NCBI GenBank assembly: GCA_028534125.1
Contig: CM052818.1
Location: forward strand, 24,864,001-24,928,000
Source: Lama glama
Taxonomy: Eukaryota
Length of the DNA stretch: 64,000 nt
Direction: 5' to 3'
A program made the position numbers and the translations under genes. This document shows, in pieces, positions 13,896 through 25,720 of this stretch. The notes under the pieces were generated by a model, which saw only the letters and a list, made by a program, of their open reading frames with translations, was not told the origin of the DNA and made no database searches. Each line of letters starts with the position of its first letter. Positions within the stretch are counted from its first letter, which is position 1.

Positions 13896-14135
13896 TGTGG
13901 TGGCTTAGCTTCATGGCTGCTTTAGTACCATTTGAACAACCTTCCCACGTTTTGGAAAATTCTCACCTTATGAATCCCAGCTCTCCAAAATGGAAGCAAA
14001 TCTTGTTTTCCAGCTAGGGTGTGGCACATAACTTTGGCCCAGTATCAAGGTCCACTGGTCAGAGTAGGATTAGTGGGGCACAGATGAGAAGTGGAATTTT
14101 CACCTGAGAGCCCCTCACAGTAGGCCTGGTGTGAC
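13896..14135 (+). mobile_element. ERVL LTR33-like 5' fragment
   Basis: tgtggtggc...ccttcccacgttttggaaaattctcaccttatgaatc...cagctagggtgtggcacataactttggccc resembles the recalled LTR33 5' part. Confidence 0.55.
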
Positions 14136-14144
14136 TGGAGCCTA

Positions 14145-15860
14145 TCACGTATTCACAGAATAAATATTTATCACATACCTACTATCTGCCAAGGCACTGT
14201 TCTAGGCCCTTGGAGCACATCAGTGAACCAAACAGATCCCTGCCCTCACAGGACTTAAACCTAGTGGGGAAGACAGGTAAGAAACAGTAGACATAAGTAA
14301 TGTGTTTGACAGGTTAGAAGATGGTAGGTAGGTGGAGGGGCACTGCAGGGGTAGAGGAAAATGAGCAGTGATGCGGGAGGACAGGAGGGTGGGGACAGAA
14401 GTGTTTGGCATTTAAATAGCTCCAGCCTCAGTGAGAATGTGAGGTTGGAGCAAATACCTAAAGGACATGGAAGAGTGTTTCAGGCATATGTAACAGCCTG
14501 TGGTGAGCGAGTGTCTGATGTGTTCAAGGAACAGCAGAGAAGCAGATGTGGCTGGAGTAGAGCAAGTGAGGGGAGAATGAGAGGTTAAAGCGGCAGTGAG
14601 TGGCAGGAGGCAGTGGTGGGTTAGACCACAGCGGGCCTTAAGGACAATTAAAAGACTTTGACTCAAAAGCACTGTAGAGTTTGGAACAAGTAGCAGTCTA
14701 ACACACATTTTACAGGATGCTGTGACTACCGTATCATGAGTGGATTGTAGGGAGGTAGGCATGGACACGGAGAGGCCATTTGGGAGTTTTTTGCAATAAT
14801 CCAGGCAAGAGAAAAACGGTAGCTTGCCCCAGGTGGATTCTGGATACATTTTGAAAGTAGAATCAGCAGGATCTACTGATGTGTTTGATGTGTGGTGTGA
14901 TGAAGAGGAGGCAGGAATGACTAACATTTGGGGCCAGCACCTGGCACAGTGGAGTTTCCCAGTCAACCAATCAGGGAAAGACTACAGGAGGGGCCAGCTT
15001 GGTGGGAGAGCTCACAAGTTCAGGTTTAGACTTGCTAACTTTCAGACGTGCATTAAACATCCACGTGGAGGTGCTGAGTAAGCAACTGAACAGGTGAGTC
15101 TGCAATTTGAGCAGAAGTTCTACTCCGGAGCTAGAAACTTGGGGATTTGCTGCGTACAGGTGCCATGATACTGGATGGGATCGACAAAGGACTGAGTGAA
15201 GGAGAAAGAGGAAGAGGAGCAGGGCTGAGCCCTGGGTTCCTCCAACACTCAGAGGTCAGAAGAGTAATCTCCAGGGGAGACTGAGAAGGAACAACCAGTG
15301 AGGCAGGATGAGGAAAGGGCAGTTGCCTAGAAGGCAGATGAACAAAGAACATGGAGGAGGGAGCAATCACCCAGGAAATGCTGCTAATCCTTCTCATAAG
15401 GACTGGAAATTGACCATTGGATTTAGCAGTGGGGAGGTTATTAGCGACCTTGCCAGTGGGAGTTCTGGTGGAGTGGAGAAGGAGCAAAACAAGACTGGAT
15501 TGGGCTTACTTACAAGAAAATAGGAAAAGAGCCAGAGGTAGTGAGTACAGGCAACTCTTTCAACTAGTTTTGGTGTAAAGGGAGTAAAGAAGGGAGGTAG
15601 TAGGTTGGTAGGGGGAGTGGAATCAAGAAAATGAGGGGTTTTGGGTTTTTTGGGTTTTTTGTTTTTGTAAGATGGAAGAAGTAGCACATGCTTTTTTATG
15701 TTGAAGAGAATGTTCCAGGAAAGACGAAAACCTGATGATCTAGAAAAAGGGGGACAAATGCTGGAGCCGTGTCCTTGAATTAGGGGATGGAATGCCGGCC
15801 ACAGGTGGAGGAATCAGCTTTACATAAGAGCATGAATAATTTCTCCATGGTTATATTAGG
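14145..15860 (-). mobile_element. L2 (L2a-like) LINE, about 1.7 kb
   Basis: Antisense L2 3' end (aataaatatttatcacatacctactatctgccaaggcactgttctagg) followed by long L2-typical purine-rich body. Confidence 0.85.
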
Positions 15861-15869
15861 GAAGAAGCA

Positions 15870-16430
15870 TACAGGCATTTCTGCAGCAACATGATAAGCG
15901 TGCTCCTGAAAATGTTGTCATTCACAAATTCATGTGCTAAAAATAACAGAATTGATGGGGAAAATAGGGTTGCGGCAGACCATTCCAAACCTATCCAACT
16001 TTGCACGCTGCGCAACTATCAGAAACACCAATTAACACAGTTTAAAAAAAAAAAACAACTTTACATTCCTAACACTCCACAGCTCCAAGAAAAGGACAAA
16101 CACAGCTTGATGGAATTTGGTGGAAGGAAGGGTAGGAGCTGCTTAACTGCACAACCAGCATTCCCAAGACAGAGCCTGTGTTGAAACTGACCCGACGAAG
16201 GCGCAGTGGGCGGGCCTTATGTAAAGTACCTTATTCCTCCGCAGCTCGCCCTGTCAGCTCATCCCGTTGGTGGCTTTCACGTTCAGCTGCTCTTATCTGG
16301 AGGAACAATATATTAAGGTACTGGGAAGGGAATCACTTACGATCCAACCCAATTTTCACGTTACAGTGACATCATCCCCCTACTGAGCGATAATAATTGA
16401 GTCGGCGCTCGTTACAGAAACGCGCAGTGT
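15870..16430. mobile_element. Tigger-like (TcMar) DNA transposon relic
   Basis: Starts TA-CAG; gtgctaaaaataacagaattgatggggaaaatagggttgcggcagaccattc resembles an old Tigger consensus. Subfamily not assigned. Confidence 0.5.
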
Positions 16431-16499
16431 GGGAGCACAGGCTGCAAGCGGGCACAGGTGCTGGAAGGCGGGCGGATGTGGCGGTGGCAGACAGTGGAC

Positions 16500-18410
16500 G
16501 TTCTCTTCTGACTGCTTCAGTTTTTCTCAGTGAAAAGGTATGTGGCCATCTCCCCAGTGCCTGAGTCCATAGTTGGAGTAGCTCCCTTCCACAGTAAAAG
16601 AATCCCCACAATGGCTTCGGAACCGTGGAGAAAGGTTGTCTCTCGCTGGAGGGCCAAGTTCACATACTCCCGAGGCTCCCTCTTCCTACCCAAATGGCCA
16701 AACACAAACATACCGTATCTTTGTTAGGAATTGCAGGTATTGTGCCGTTAAAGAGGCACAGATGCTTGGTAGACTTCTTTCGTTTAATGGAAATACTGAG
16801 GCTTAAACCCAGGACCTCGTGCATGCCAAGCACACACTCTACCACTGAACTATGGACTTCTTTGGCATCTGAAGGCAACCTATGTCAGCTTTGGGTCTGC
16901 TGCTGTAACTCATTTACTTTTAACGGAGGCCGGGGCAGGAGAGGGCTCTCCAGCTGGTCCAGGGCCCTCTGTACTCAGCTGTTTTGCCCTGATGACCCTG
17001 GAGATCGAACAGTGCTCTAGTGTCTGTGAACCGCCTGGATGCTGTGTGCAGCCCGCAGCAAGTCCCAGTAGGGGGAGTGCAGATGCATCCTCTTCGCTTC
17101 TGGAGCACAGCCAAGCTCTCTTGGGCAAGCAATCATTCTCCTTTCAGAAATAACTCTTGCTACAGAGGGCTTGACCACAGAACACTAGGTGACCATGTGA
17201 CCTGAACTGCCCATCTTGTGATTTGATCAACCAAGCTAGGACAGTGCGCCCAGCCCGGCAGCATGCCCCCATCAGTTGGGAGAGGATTGTATCAGCACTG
17301 AGTGTGCACAGCTGACTGTCCTCGTGAGCTGCTGGGACCTTATCCAGCCCTGTGCCTCCCGCCAGCTGTGCAGCTCCCCTCCCTCACGACCAGGGTCCCT
17401 GTGAGGAGTTCCCATGAGCAGTTCACCGAGGATGAAAGTCAAGTCTGGTTTGCAGATGGCCCTGCCAGTTTTGCTGGTACCTGGTGGCATTTAACTGCTG
17501 GGGCATTTGAGTCCCACGTGGGGCTGAGGGACAGCAGGGAAAGGAGACCCTCCTAGGAGCAGAGTGGTCCACGTTTTACACTTTGCTGGGAAAGAGAGAC
17601 AGCCTGAGATGCAGTAGCCCCCTCTGTCACGGGCAATGGCTACCAGTTCAAAAGGATGGTCAGTGACAGGAAAGGAGGTCTGAGGAAGAGGAAAGTTGAT
17701 GCACATGTCAGAACCAGCCTCAATATGGGAGCATATTTGTGTCTTGGCCACTGGAATGGTCAAGAGTTCCCATCAAGGATGAGATTCCAAGTATTCAGGT
17801 GGCAGACTGCCTGCCCTGTGCCCTTTCCTCAACCACGCTTGCTCGGTGGCCTCGTGGACAAGGTGGCCATGGTGTCAGGGATGAGGATAGTGCATTAGCC
17901 CGACAAGGACTCCTCACCAAGGCTGATGTGCCTACTGCCCCTGCTGATTCGTTTTCAGCAGCAGCAACCAACCTAGACTTATTATAATCCCACATCCAGG
18001 CGGGAATGCCCCTTGCAGAGAGGGCAGTAATTCGTCCTCACTGGAAGAACTGCTCACTCTGGACTTGGATTCTCCAGGCCAGCCACGCCTTTCAGGGACT
18101 TAATTGCCTTGCTTACTATCATTTACTTCCCTGCAGCAATGCTTCCCACCAGAGTTCAGTTACAGTGATGTGAGTAAGACAGCAGACCTCTGCTCATAGG
18201 ACTTCTGTTCTTACCATCTACCCCATCACCTGAAACAGAAGGCTTAATGGCAGGGCAGAACAGCCTACTGAACACAATTCCTGCGCAGGCAGAGAGAACT
18301 CCTCCAGGGGGTGAGACGCCTCCCTGCAGGATGAACCAGCGACCAGTAGATGGTGCTCTTTCTCCCAAAGTCAGAATAAAGGGACCAAGGGGTGAAAGTG
18401 GGAGGGATGG
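16500..18410 (+). mobile_element. Decayed ERVL internal region (protease end, RT thumb, RNase H, integrase)
   Basis: Fragments VAISPVPESIVG, RCLVDFF, PLRFWS, EQFTEDESQVWFADGPASFAGT and LARWPRGQGGHGVRD...LLTKADVPTA occur in the same order as the recalled ERVL Pol segments (VVISPVPECIIG; QRLVGLFG; PLGFWS; WFTDGSARYAGT; QWAHEQSGHGGRD...LTKADLATA). Many stops and frameshifts. Confidence 0.8.
16781..16854 (-). mobile_element. Vic-1-like tRNA-derived SINE, slightly 5' truncated, 9-bp TSD
   Basis: Minus strand reads ATAGTTCAGTGGTAGAGTGTGTGCTTGGCATGCACGAGGTCCTGGGTTTAAGCCTCAGTATTTCCATTAAA (A box and B box). Flanked by GACTTCTTT at 16772-16780 and 16855-16863. Confidence 0.85.
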
Positions 18411-18750
18411 CTGTTAACCCAGCACTTCTAACGAAGCAGGCACCATAACGGAACCCACTGCCTGGAAGGACGTCAGCAGAAGCTCCTGGCCTCAGGAGTC
18501 AGCAGGGACAGAGGGCAGGGTTCCAGACCCAGAAGCAGTGGTGCCAGCTGTAGTGTGGCTACGCAGCAGAGGCTGCAGTGGGTCACTGTGACAACAGTTC
18601 TGTCACAGGGTTTGGAAGGCGTTCCTAGTTGTATTGCCACTTAGACTCATTTCCTGCCCTCTTGAACACCTTCATATATGTATATTTTTAAGGAACTCCT
18701 TTTCTGCTAAACGACCTAGAGCAGATTCTGCCCATTGCAGCTGGGAACCT
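18411..18750 (+). mobile_element. ERVL-class LTR (LTR33/LTR41-like 3' part)
   Basis: Follows a purine tract. Ends aactccttttctgctaaacgacctagagcagattctgcccattgcagctgggaacc, like ERVL/MaLR LTR ends. Confidence 0.55.
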
Positions 18751-20479
18751 CGTCCCACGTAGCGGTTACTGAAGCCCACTCCTATCAGGCAGGCCCTGCC
18801 CATCTCATTCTCAGTGCGAGGCTCCCACATATTGGGCATGTGCCCTTCTGCTATTTTCCTGGTCTCAACTGTATCTTCTTTGCCGCCCCTCCCCCACCCC
18901 AAATTACTTTTAATATTTTGGCCTCTCAAAGATTTCGGACAATACAGTCTTTTTCATTCTGTGCCTAAGCCTTACTTGCATCTTCAGGAGAAAAAAAAAA
19001 TATGTAAAGGTGGACATCTTTTATGTCGGTAACCAAGATGCAGCAAATGGCAAAAAAAAATGTGTTAAAAATGTGTTTCTTCATTGACGTGAATGACAGT
19101 GGTGGTGATCATGAGAGGCAGTGCTTCTAAGTATCTCTGTGTATTTGGCAGAACTAAATCATGGTTTCAGTTTCTGCTAAAATATCTTTTAGCAAATGCG
19201 CAAGCCAATAAATCTTTTTGAAAATCTTCCAAAATTTGAGGCTATCTTCTAGTTAAGAGTTTTCTACAGTATTTCCTCCGCTTTGGCACAGGGTGTGGCA
19301 CCCAAGAACAGTTCATATTACTCGAACTACATTAAACTGGCTCCTATTAGAAGGGAACAAATGCTTGTGGATCTGAGGACAGTAAATCAAAGGAACACCC
19401 AGAAAGCCATTTGAGAGACAGACAACTCTCAGGGGAGACCCCTACCTACTTCCTACATAACCTCGAAAGCTAAGTCTCACTGGGGACTCAAAATATGTTG
19501 ATTTTTCAAGAGGCACTTGGATATTAGGCAATATGACTGTTCAAGATGCTGTGCAAGGAAGTTTTGGACAAAACTTAGGTGAGAAGCAAGGTCTTAACAG
19601 AGAAATCCTGGTAATAAAGAAATCCTAAGTGAGTATTTTCATGCATTTTCATTCATATACAAAGCCCTAGGTATTTTCCCATAGTGTTTATAGCCTTTCG
19701 ATTGTCTTATTCTTTCACTCATTCATTTGCTCCTTCACTCATTCATATAGCAGGCATTTCTGAGTGCTTACTGCGTGACAGGCTCTGGGGGTGCTCCTTG
19801 GTTAAGGGACCTCACCCGCAATGCTGCTGTGACCGCTGTCTAGAAGGAGAGGCAGGCAGGGAGCAGGAGGGCACCATGCGGAGGTCCCAGTGTCTGACAG
19901 ATAGGGTTATCCCTGACCCCTGGAAACAGAGGGATAAAACCACTCTCTGAAAAAGCTTGACAGAGAGAGAAAGATGAACAGAGTCCAGGCAAATACTTGA
20001 CAGTGAAAAGTAATGGATTTTTTTGAAAGTTAAAAAAACAACTGAAAACATGCCTAGGTGTGGTAAGCTTCGTCTTTACTTACACTCAATGAACTTATTA
20101 TGTTCTAGAGAATCAGGAATTTGCAGTGTTATTTTGCCATCTGGATGCCACAAGCATTTAATATTGTCAGTTTTCATCACGTTCCTTCAGTGCATAACTG
20201 CCTTCCCAAGTGTGTAACAAATGAGAACAATGACTCCAGGTCCGCTCCCTGCCTGCCCCGGTCTCTTATGCACTGAGTGGTCATCCTTCTAACTGCCCTT
20301 TTGTGGCTCCTGCCCTGGATATGTCTACACTATTTGAGACTGAGTTCACCTTGGGAGAGTGGGCATGTTGACCATAAATTCTGCCAGGGGGATCCAAGTG
20401 CCCAGGCCTGGGCTCTGGGTACTAACATGAGAAGCAAAGAAAAGTAATTCACTGGGCCAGAGGGGTTTTTGTTTTTGTT

Positions 20480-20985
20480 TTTCTGTAAATCAGATGATAT
20501 CACTCTCTTGTTCAAAACCCCCTAGTGATTTTTCATTTTCCTCAGAAGAAAACCCCAAGTCTTGTTCTGGTACCCCTCTTCCTTCATCTCTGACACGCTC
20601 CCTTTCGTTCGGCCCCCCTTACTGACCCTGGAATGTGCAAAGCTCCATGCATCTTTGGACTTGCTGCCCTCTCTCCCTGGACAAGTCCCCATGCACCTGC
20701 ACTGCCCAGGCTCTCTGCTCAAATGTCCCCTTATTAGCGAGGCCATCATTGGCCCCCCAGCTAAACGAGCCACCACCTCACCCTTCATGCTCCATTCTCT
20801 TAGCTGTCTCCATCTCTCTCCATACAGCTGACATGTCTGTTTGTGGACCGTCTCTCCACCATCACAATGGCGGCTCCATGAAGACAGTGGCCTCGTTGAC
20901 TTGCTCACAGTTTATCCCTCTCTACTGAAGTCAGTCTCTGGCACGTACTAGGCACACAATACAGATTTGGTAAGTGAATGACCAC
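20480..20985 (+). mobile_element. L2 3' fragment
   Basis: taaatcagatgatatcactctcttgttcaaaaccc ... tggcacgtactaggcacacaatacagatttggtaagtgaatg. Confidence 0.7.
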
Positions 20986-21609
20986 ATGACAATTCCTTTC
21001 CACGCCCATCTGCCAACCAGGTCAACAGAGCCAGAAAGATTCCAGATGCCAGACAAAGCTCCCTCTCGCTCTGCCCAAATCCATGCCCTCCCATGTTACA
21101 ACGGAAAAAAGAAAAAAATTTCCAACTGTGACTCCCTGAGGGAAATTTTTTTTCCTTTTCCCTCTGACATTATAATGTATGGAATCACGCAGCACAGAAC
21201 CAGCAGCTCAGGTAAAAGCTCGACATTTTCCGTGACACCCTTCTTGATTATGTAGGCGTATCACAGACCTGCAGGCTGACTGCTTTTAAAAATAATGAAG
21301 TTGGACTAAATTTCACCTTAACCCATTGCATTATTCACTCATCTGGCTCATCTGGCTCCCCACAGTAACTGTTTTCTTGGGGTTTTTTGTTTGTTTTGTC
21401 TTTTGGCAAGGTTGTGAGAAGAAGGTGTCTATACATCCAGCCCCAAGTGGCTCCGTGGGACCCTTACCCCTCAGCCCACCTCACTGCTGCTCACCCTCAT
21501 TCTTCCTTCCCCCTCACTCCAATTCTCTCGAACACCATTCCTCACTCCTGTGAGCACTCTTTTAAACTTGTTGCTTTGTTTGGAAAATTCTTTGCTTAAG
21601 AACTGGCTC

Positions 21610-22506
21610 GAAAACATAGGCAAAACATTATCTGACATACATTTCAAAAATTTTCTCCTAGAAGAAATAAAAGCAAGAATAAACAAATGGGACCTAATGA
21701 AACTTACAAGCTTCTGCAGAGCAAAGGAAACCAGAAATAAAACAAGAAGAAAACCTACGGAATGGGAGAAAATTTTTGCAAGTGAAACCGACAAAGGCTT
21801 GATCTCCANNNNNNNNNNNNNNNNNNNNNNNNNNNNNNNNNNNNNNNNNNNNNNNNNNNNNNNNNNNNNNNNNNNNNNNNNNNNNNNNNNNNNNNNNNNN
21901 NNNNNNNNNNNNNNNNNNNNNNNNNNNNNNNNNNNNNNNNNNNNNNNNNNNNNNNNNNNNNNNNNNNNNNNNNNNNNNNNNNNNNNNNNNNNNNNNNNNN
22001 NNNNNNNNNNNNNNNNNNNNNNNNNNNNNNNNNNNNNNNNNNNNNNNNNNNNNNNNNNNNNNNNNNNNNNNNNNNNNNNNNNNNNNNNNNNNNNNNNNNN
22101 NNNNNNNNNNNNNNNNNNNNNNNNNNNNNNNNNNNNNNNNNNNNNNNNNNNNNNNNNNNNNNNNNNNNNNNNNNNNNNNNNNNNNNNNNNNNNNNNNNNN
22201 NNNNNNNNNNNNNNNNNNNNNNNNNNNNNNNNNNNNNNNNNNNNNNNNNNNNNNNNNNNNNNNNNNNNNNNNNNNNNNNNNNNNNNNNNNNNNNNNNNNN
22301 NNNNNNNNCAAAATTGTAGAATAGATAAACAAGATTACACTGTATAGCACAGGGAAATATACACAAAATGTTATGATAAATCACAGAGGAAAAAATGTGA
22401 CAATGAGTGTGTATATGTCCATGAATGACTGAAAAATTGTGCTGAACACTGGAATTTGACACAACACTGTAAAATGATTATGAATCAATAAAAAATGTAA
22501 AAAAAA
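21610..22506 (+). mobile_element. 5'-truncated young L1 with A-tail and TSD, spanning the assembly gap
   Basis: ORF2 piece ENIGKTLSDI...WDLMKLTSFCRAKET...KGLIS, then L1 3'UTR and A-tail. TSD AACTGGCTC at 21601-21609 and 22507-22515, at a TT|AAGA target site. Confidence 0.9.
21809..22308. other. Assembly gap (500 N)
   Basis: Run of N counted from the sequence. Confidence 0.99.
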
Positions 22507-25329
22507 AACTGGCTCATCTTCTGAATCAATACTGCCTTAATCACATGCGTTGTCTCCCCCAGATTACCCTTCACACTTGGTTTAGTTTCAATTCCCAAGT
22601 CCCCTTTCTTTGAGAAACATGTTGGCAGGAGAGCAATTTACTGTCGTCACAGCAGAGGCGTAAAGCAGAGACTGACATTCCATCGACACATTTGCAAGAA
22701 TACAGACACTTTGTGGACCTCAAAACCTAGTTAGCTCATCTGCTGGCGGGCAGGGCAGGGGTAGATGCCTTGCCAGAAACTGGCTGAGAGATCTTGGGTT
22801 AATGCTCAGAGACTATTGTCAACAAGATGACAATAAGACTACCACATACCTCCCAAGGCTGTCTCAAGGTGTGGTTTAGTTTGGTTTGGTTTTGAAGTTA
22901 CCGCACAGAGACCAACCTCTTCAAGAGAAAATATAAAATGAAGAACTCCCCTTGATTCGTAATTTCAAAAACTTGGAAGATATCCTTATTCAACTCAGTA
23001 TCAGATGGCTTTCTTTTACTGTTTGTGTAATTTCATGCGATATTTTCAGAATTACTAATCATTCAACTTGGATAAATAAAAGTTTCCAGTGTTTGAAGTA
23101 TTTTGTGGGCTTCTTAAAAGTGTGGTTACTGCCAACACCCCTGCAAGGCACATCAGCTCGTGGATGACACCAGAGTTTCAGAATTGATGACTGACTTTCA
23201 GGACCACAGATTAAGACGGTCACAACACAAGGACTAAAATTCATGAGTCTCCGAGTTCCTACACTGTCTCTAACCAGATAGCCTCCTTTCTGAATAGTCA
23301 CTTTCATTTAATGTTTTAAAAAAGCCACCAGGAATGCTTTCACAGGACAAAGGAAAGAGGACCTACACACTTTAATATTAATCTTTGAGCCGCCCTAGTG
23401 ACATGAGAATTTCTCAAAATGTTCTGTCGGGGGGAGTGCCAAGAAAGTAATTAAAATTGCTGTCATACCTTTAGGCGACTGCAGAGTACAGGAGCTCCTG
23501 AAGGGCACTCATGTAAGGAGAGGTGCTGTGCTTATAAAAACAGGTCTGGCATTCTTTACAGAGTTACAAAGGGCAGTGTGTGCTCCGGTGGAGAAATTCA
23601 GCAGCTGGATTAAAAACTGCAGAGCCATAACTTCCAAGGGGAACCATGAAAAATGAGGGGGAACGTGAACTTACCTAGCTGTACACAGTTTTGGAAAATA
23701 AGCGCACATACGGTTAAAAGTGCACTATTGGCGTTTGTGCTGGGTTTCGGGTAGGTGATGCGGATGTCAGGTGGGAAAGTGGAAAGAATAATGACTTTGC
23801 AGCAAACAGGCCAGCATCCAAACCTTGGTTCTGCCACTTGGTACCTTAGGGAAGGTGATTTACCTTCTATGAACTATAGTTCCTCTGTCTATAAAGTAGG
23901 GGCTGTAAAAACAAGATACGGTTTATAAAGAGCGTGGCCTGGAATAGCCCCTCAGGAACCTCAGTCAGTCCCTTTGGTATCTCATCAATGTCGAGAGACA
24001 GAACTGGAGAGGCCTTGAGAATCAGAGCTCTCTTTCCCACTTCTTTATGCCTAATATTTACAAGGAGCAAGGAGACCTAGGAATTGACAGGAATGGGACT
24101 CCAGCATCATCCTCTTAGAATCAAGTGCTTTGAAAGAGGGAAGTGGTTTTTGAGCGAAAAATAGAATCCAGAACTAACAAATGGAAACCAGGGCTTACGG
24201 AGAGATGAGAAAACCTCAGCAATTTATGCAGGTGTCTGGGTTCTTTTCGGGCTGCTGTGCTTAACAGCTTCAGCCGCTGTGATGAGCTGTGAGGTGTTTT
24301 AGGTTGTGGGGAATGAGTTTCAAGCCCACTAATGCCACAGCTCAGGGAAGTTCAGCTCAGGCACGGCCAGATTTCTAAAGCGAGTATTCAGGTCCTCACC
24401 ACAGTCAACATGACTGACAGGCAAAGCCATGAGGATAAAAATAAAAGGTGTTTTATGATTCAAGAACCAAACGTCCCGAGCTTGACATCTGTCTGTGATG
24501 GTGAGGGACCTACTGTGTTCTGGGAGCACAGTCAGTGGAGTCCCAGGCCCTTCTTGCCTGGTTCTAGTGGAGCCTCCATGAACCCCTGCACCAGCAAGGC
24601 TTCCATGCACTTCCCAGAATCCCCAGAGGACGTCACTCCACATCTATCCAGCTACTGAGGGAATTTACCTCTATGGTCCTATGAAGATATGGAACGTTTC
24701 CTAAAGAACCTGAGGGTACAGTTCATCCATCCTCACAACCCATGCTCAAGGTGGTGACAACATTTGAGTCCTGGCCACCCAGAATGAGCAGATGATGGGG
24801 CAGTGGTCTGTGCATTTGGTGACTGTCAGCAATGCCAGCCCTAAGACGTGATGGAAACTTAACGAGAGCGGGCCAACAGTCTACCACGTGGGATTTAAGC
24901 TGGGAGTGGCCAGCGAGTGACATCTGCCTTTCCCATTCAGTCACCATCACAACATCCTTCCCTCTGTGGCTGGACTGAAATCCTCCCAGTCACCACTAAT
25001 TGATCAAGTTCACACTCATACTGAATCCTCTTTGCCAACCCTGGTTATCAGCAGCTTCTGGAGGACAACTAGGAACCAAAGAGGACATGGCTGGCTATTG
25101 GATCAATTAAAAAGAAGGTACAGTGGGGTCATGGGGCCATATTCTCAACTACAGCTTTTCAAGCCTGGGCTCCACTCAATAAAGGATTTTTCCTAACTGG
25201 TTTTGCCATAAAACTTTGTATTTTTTCTCCTTTTCTCAAACTATGGTATCCCCTTTTTAAGAACCATAATTTTCTTAGTAAATAACCTAACTCTAAAAAT
25301 TGCTTCGTTGTCACATCTTTGATAATGTC

Positions 25330-25720
25330 CCTTCCTTCCCCCTCCATCCAATTTACCAGCACATCTTGTCAATTCCACCTCTAAAATACTTCTTAAATAT
25401 ATCACTTCTCCCCATCTTCATCGCCATCTTTGTAGCCATCATCGCGTCTCCTGGATTCCTGCAACACCCAGCTTCCTCAACTGGCTTCTCCATCTCGTGT
25501 CTTGGCTTTTTCCAATCCATTCTCTCCACCCAGCGACAACCTTGACATCATTAAAATAGAAATCAGATCCCACCGCTGTCCTTTAAGGACTTCCATGGCC
25601 AGAATAAAACCCCTTTTTTTTACAGTGTCAGCAGGGCTCTGCCTATCTTGGAAATCTCGCCTACACCACTGCCCACTTGCTCTCGCCTCTCCAGCCCACT
25701 ATTCTCTCAGCTCCTGTCTG
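25330..25720 (+). mobile_element. L2 fragment
   Basis: ccatccaatttaccagcacatcttgtcaattccacctctaaaatac...tccaatccattctctccacccagc. Confidence 0.6.

Noticed and set aside
14412..14966. 184-aa minus-strand ORF
   Set aside because: Within the L2 element. Decayed repeat sequence, not a host gene.
16781..16854. Possible tRNA gene
   Set aside because: 5' acceptor stem missing, has TSD and A-rich tail. It is a SINE.
21550..22462. 218-265 aa ORFs
   Set aside because: Artefacts of reading through the N gap within an L1.
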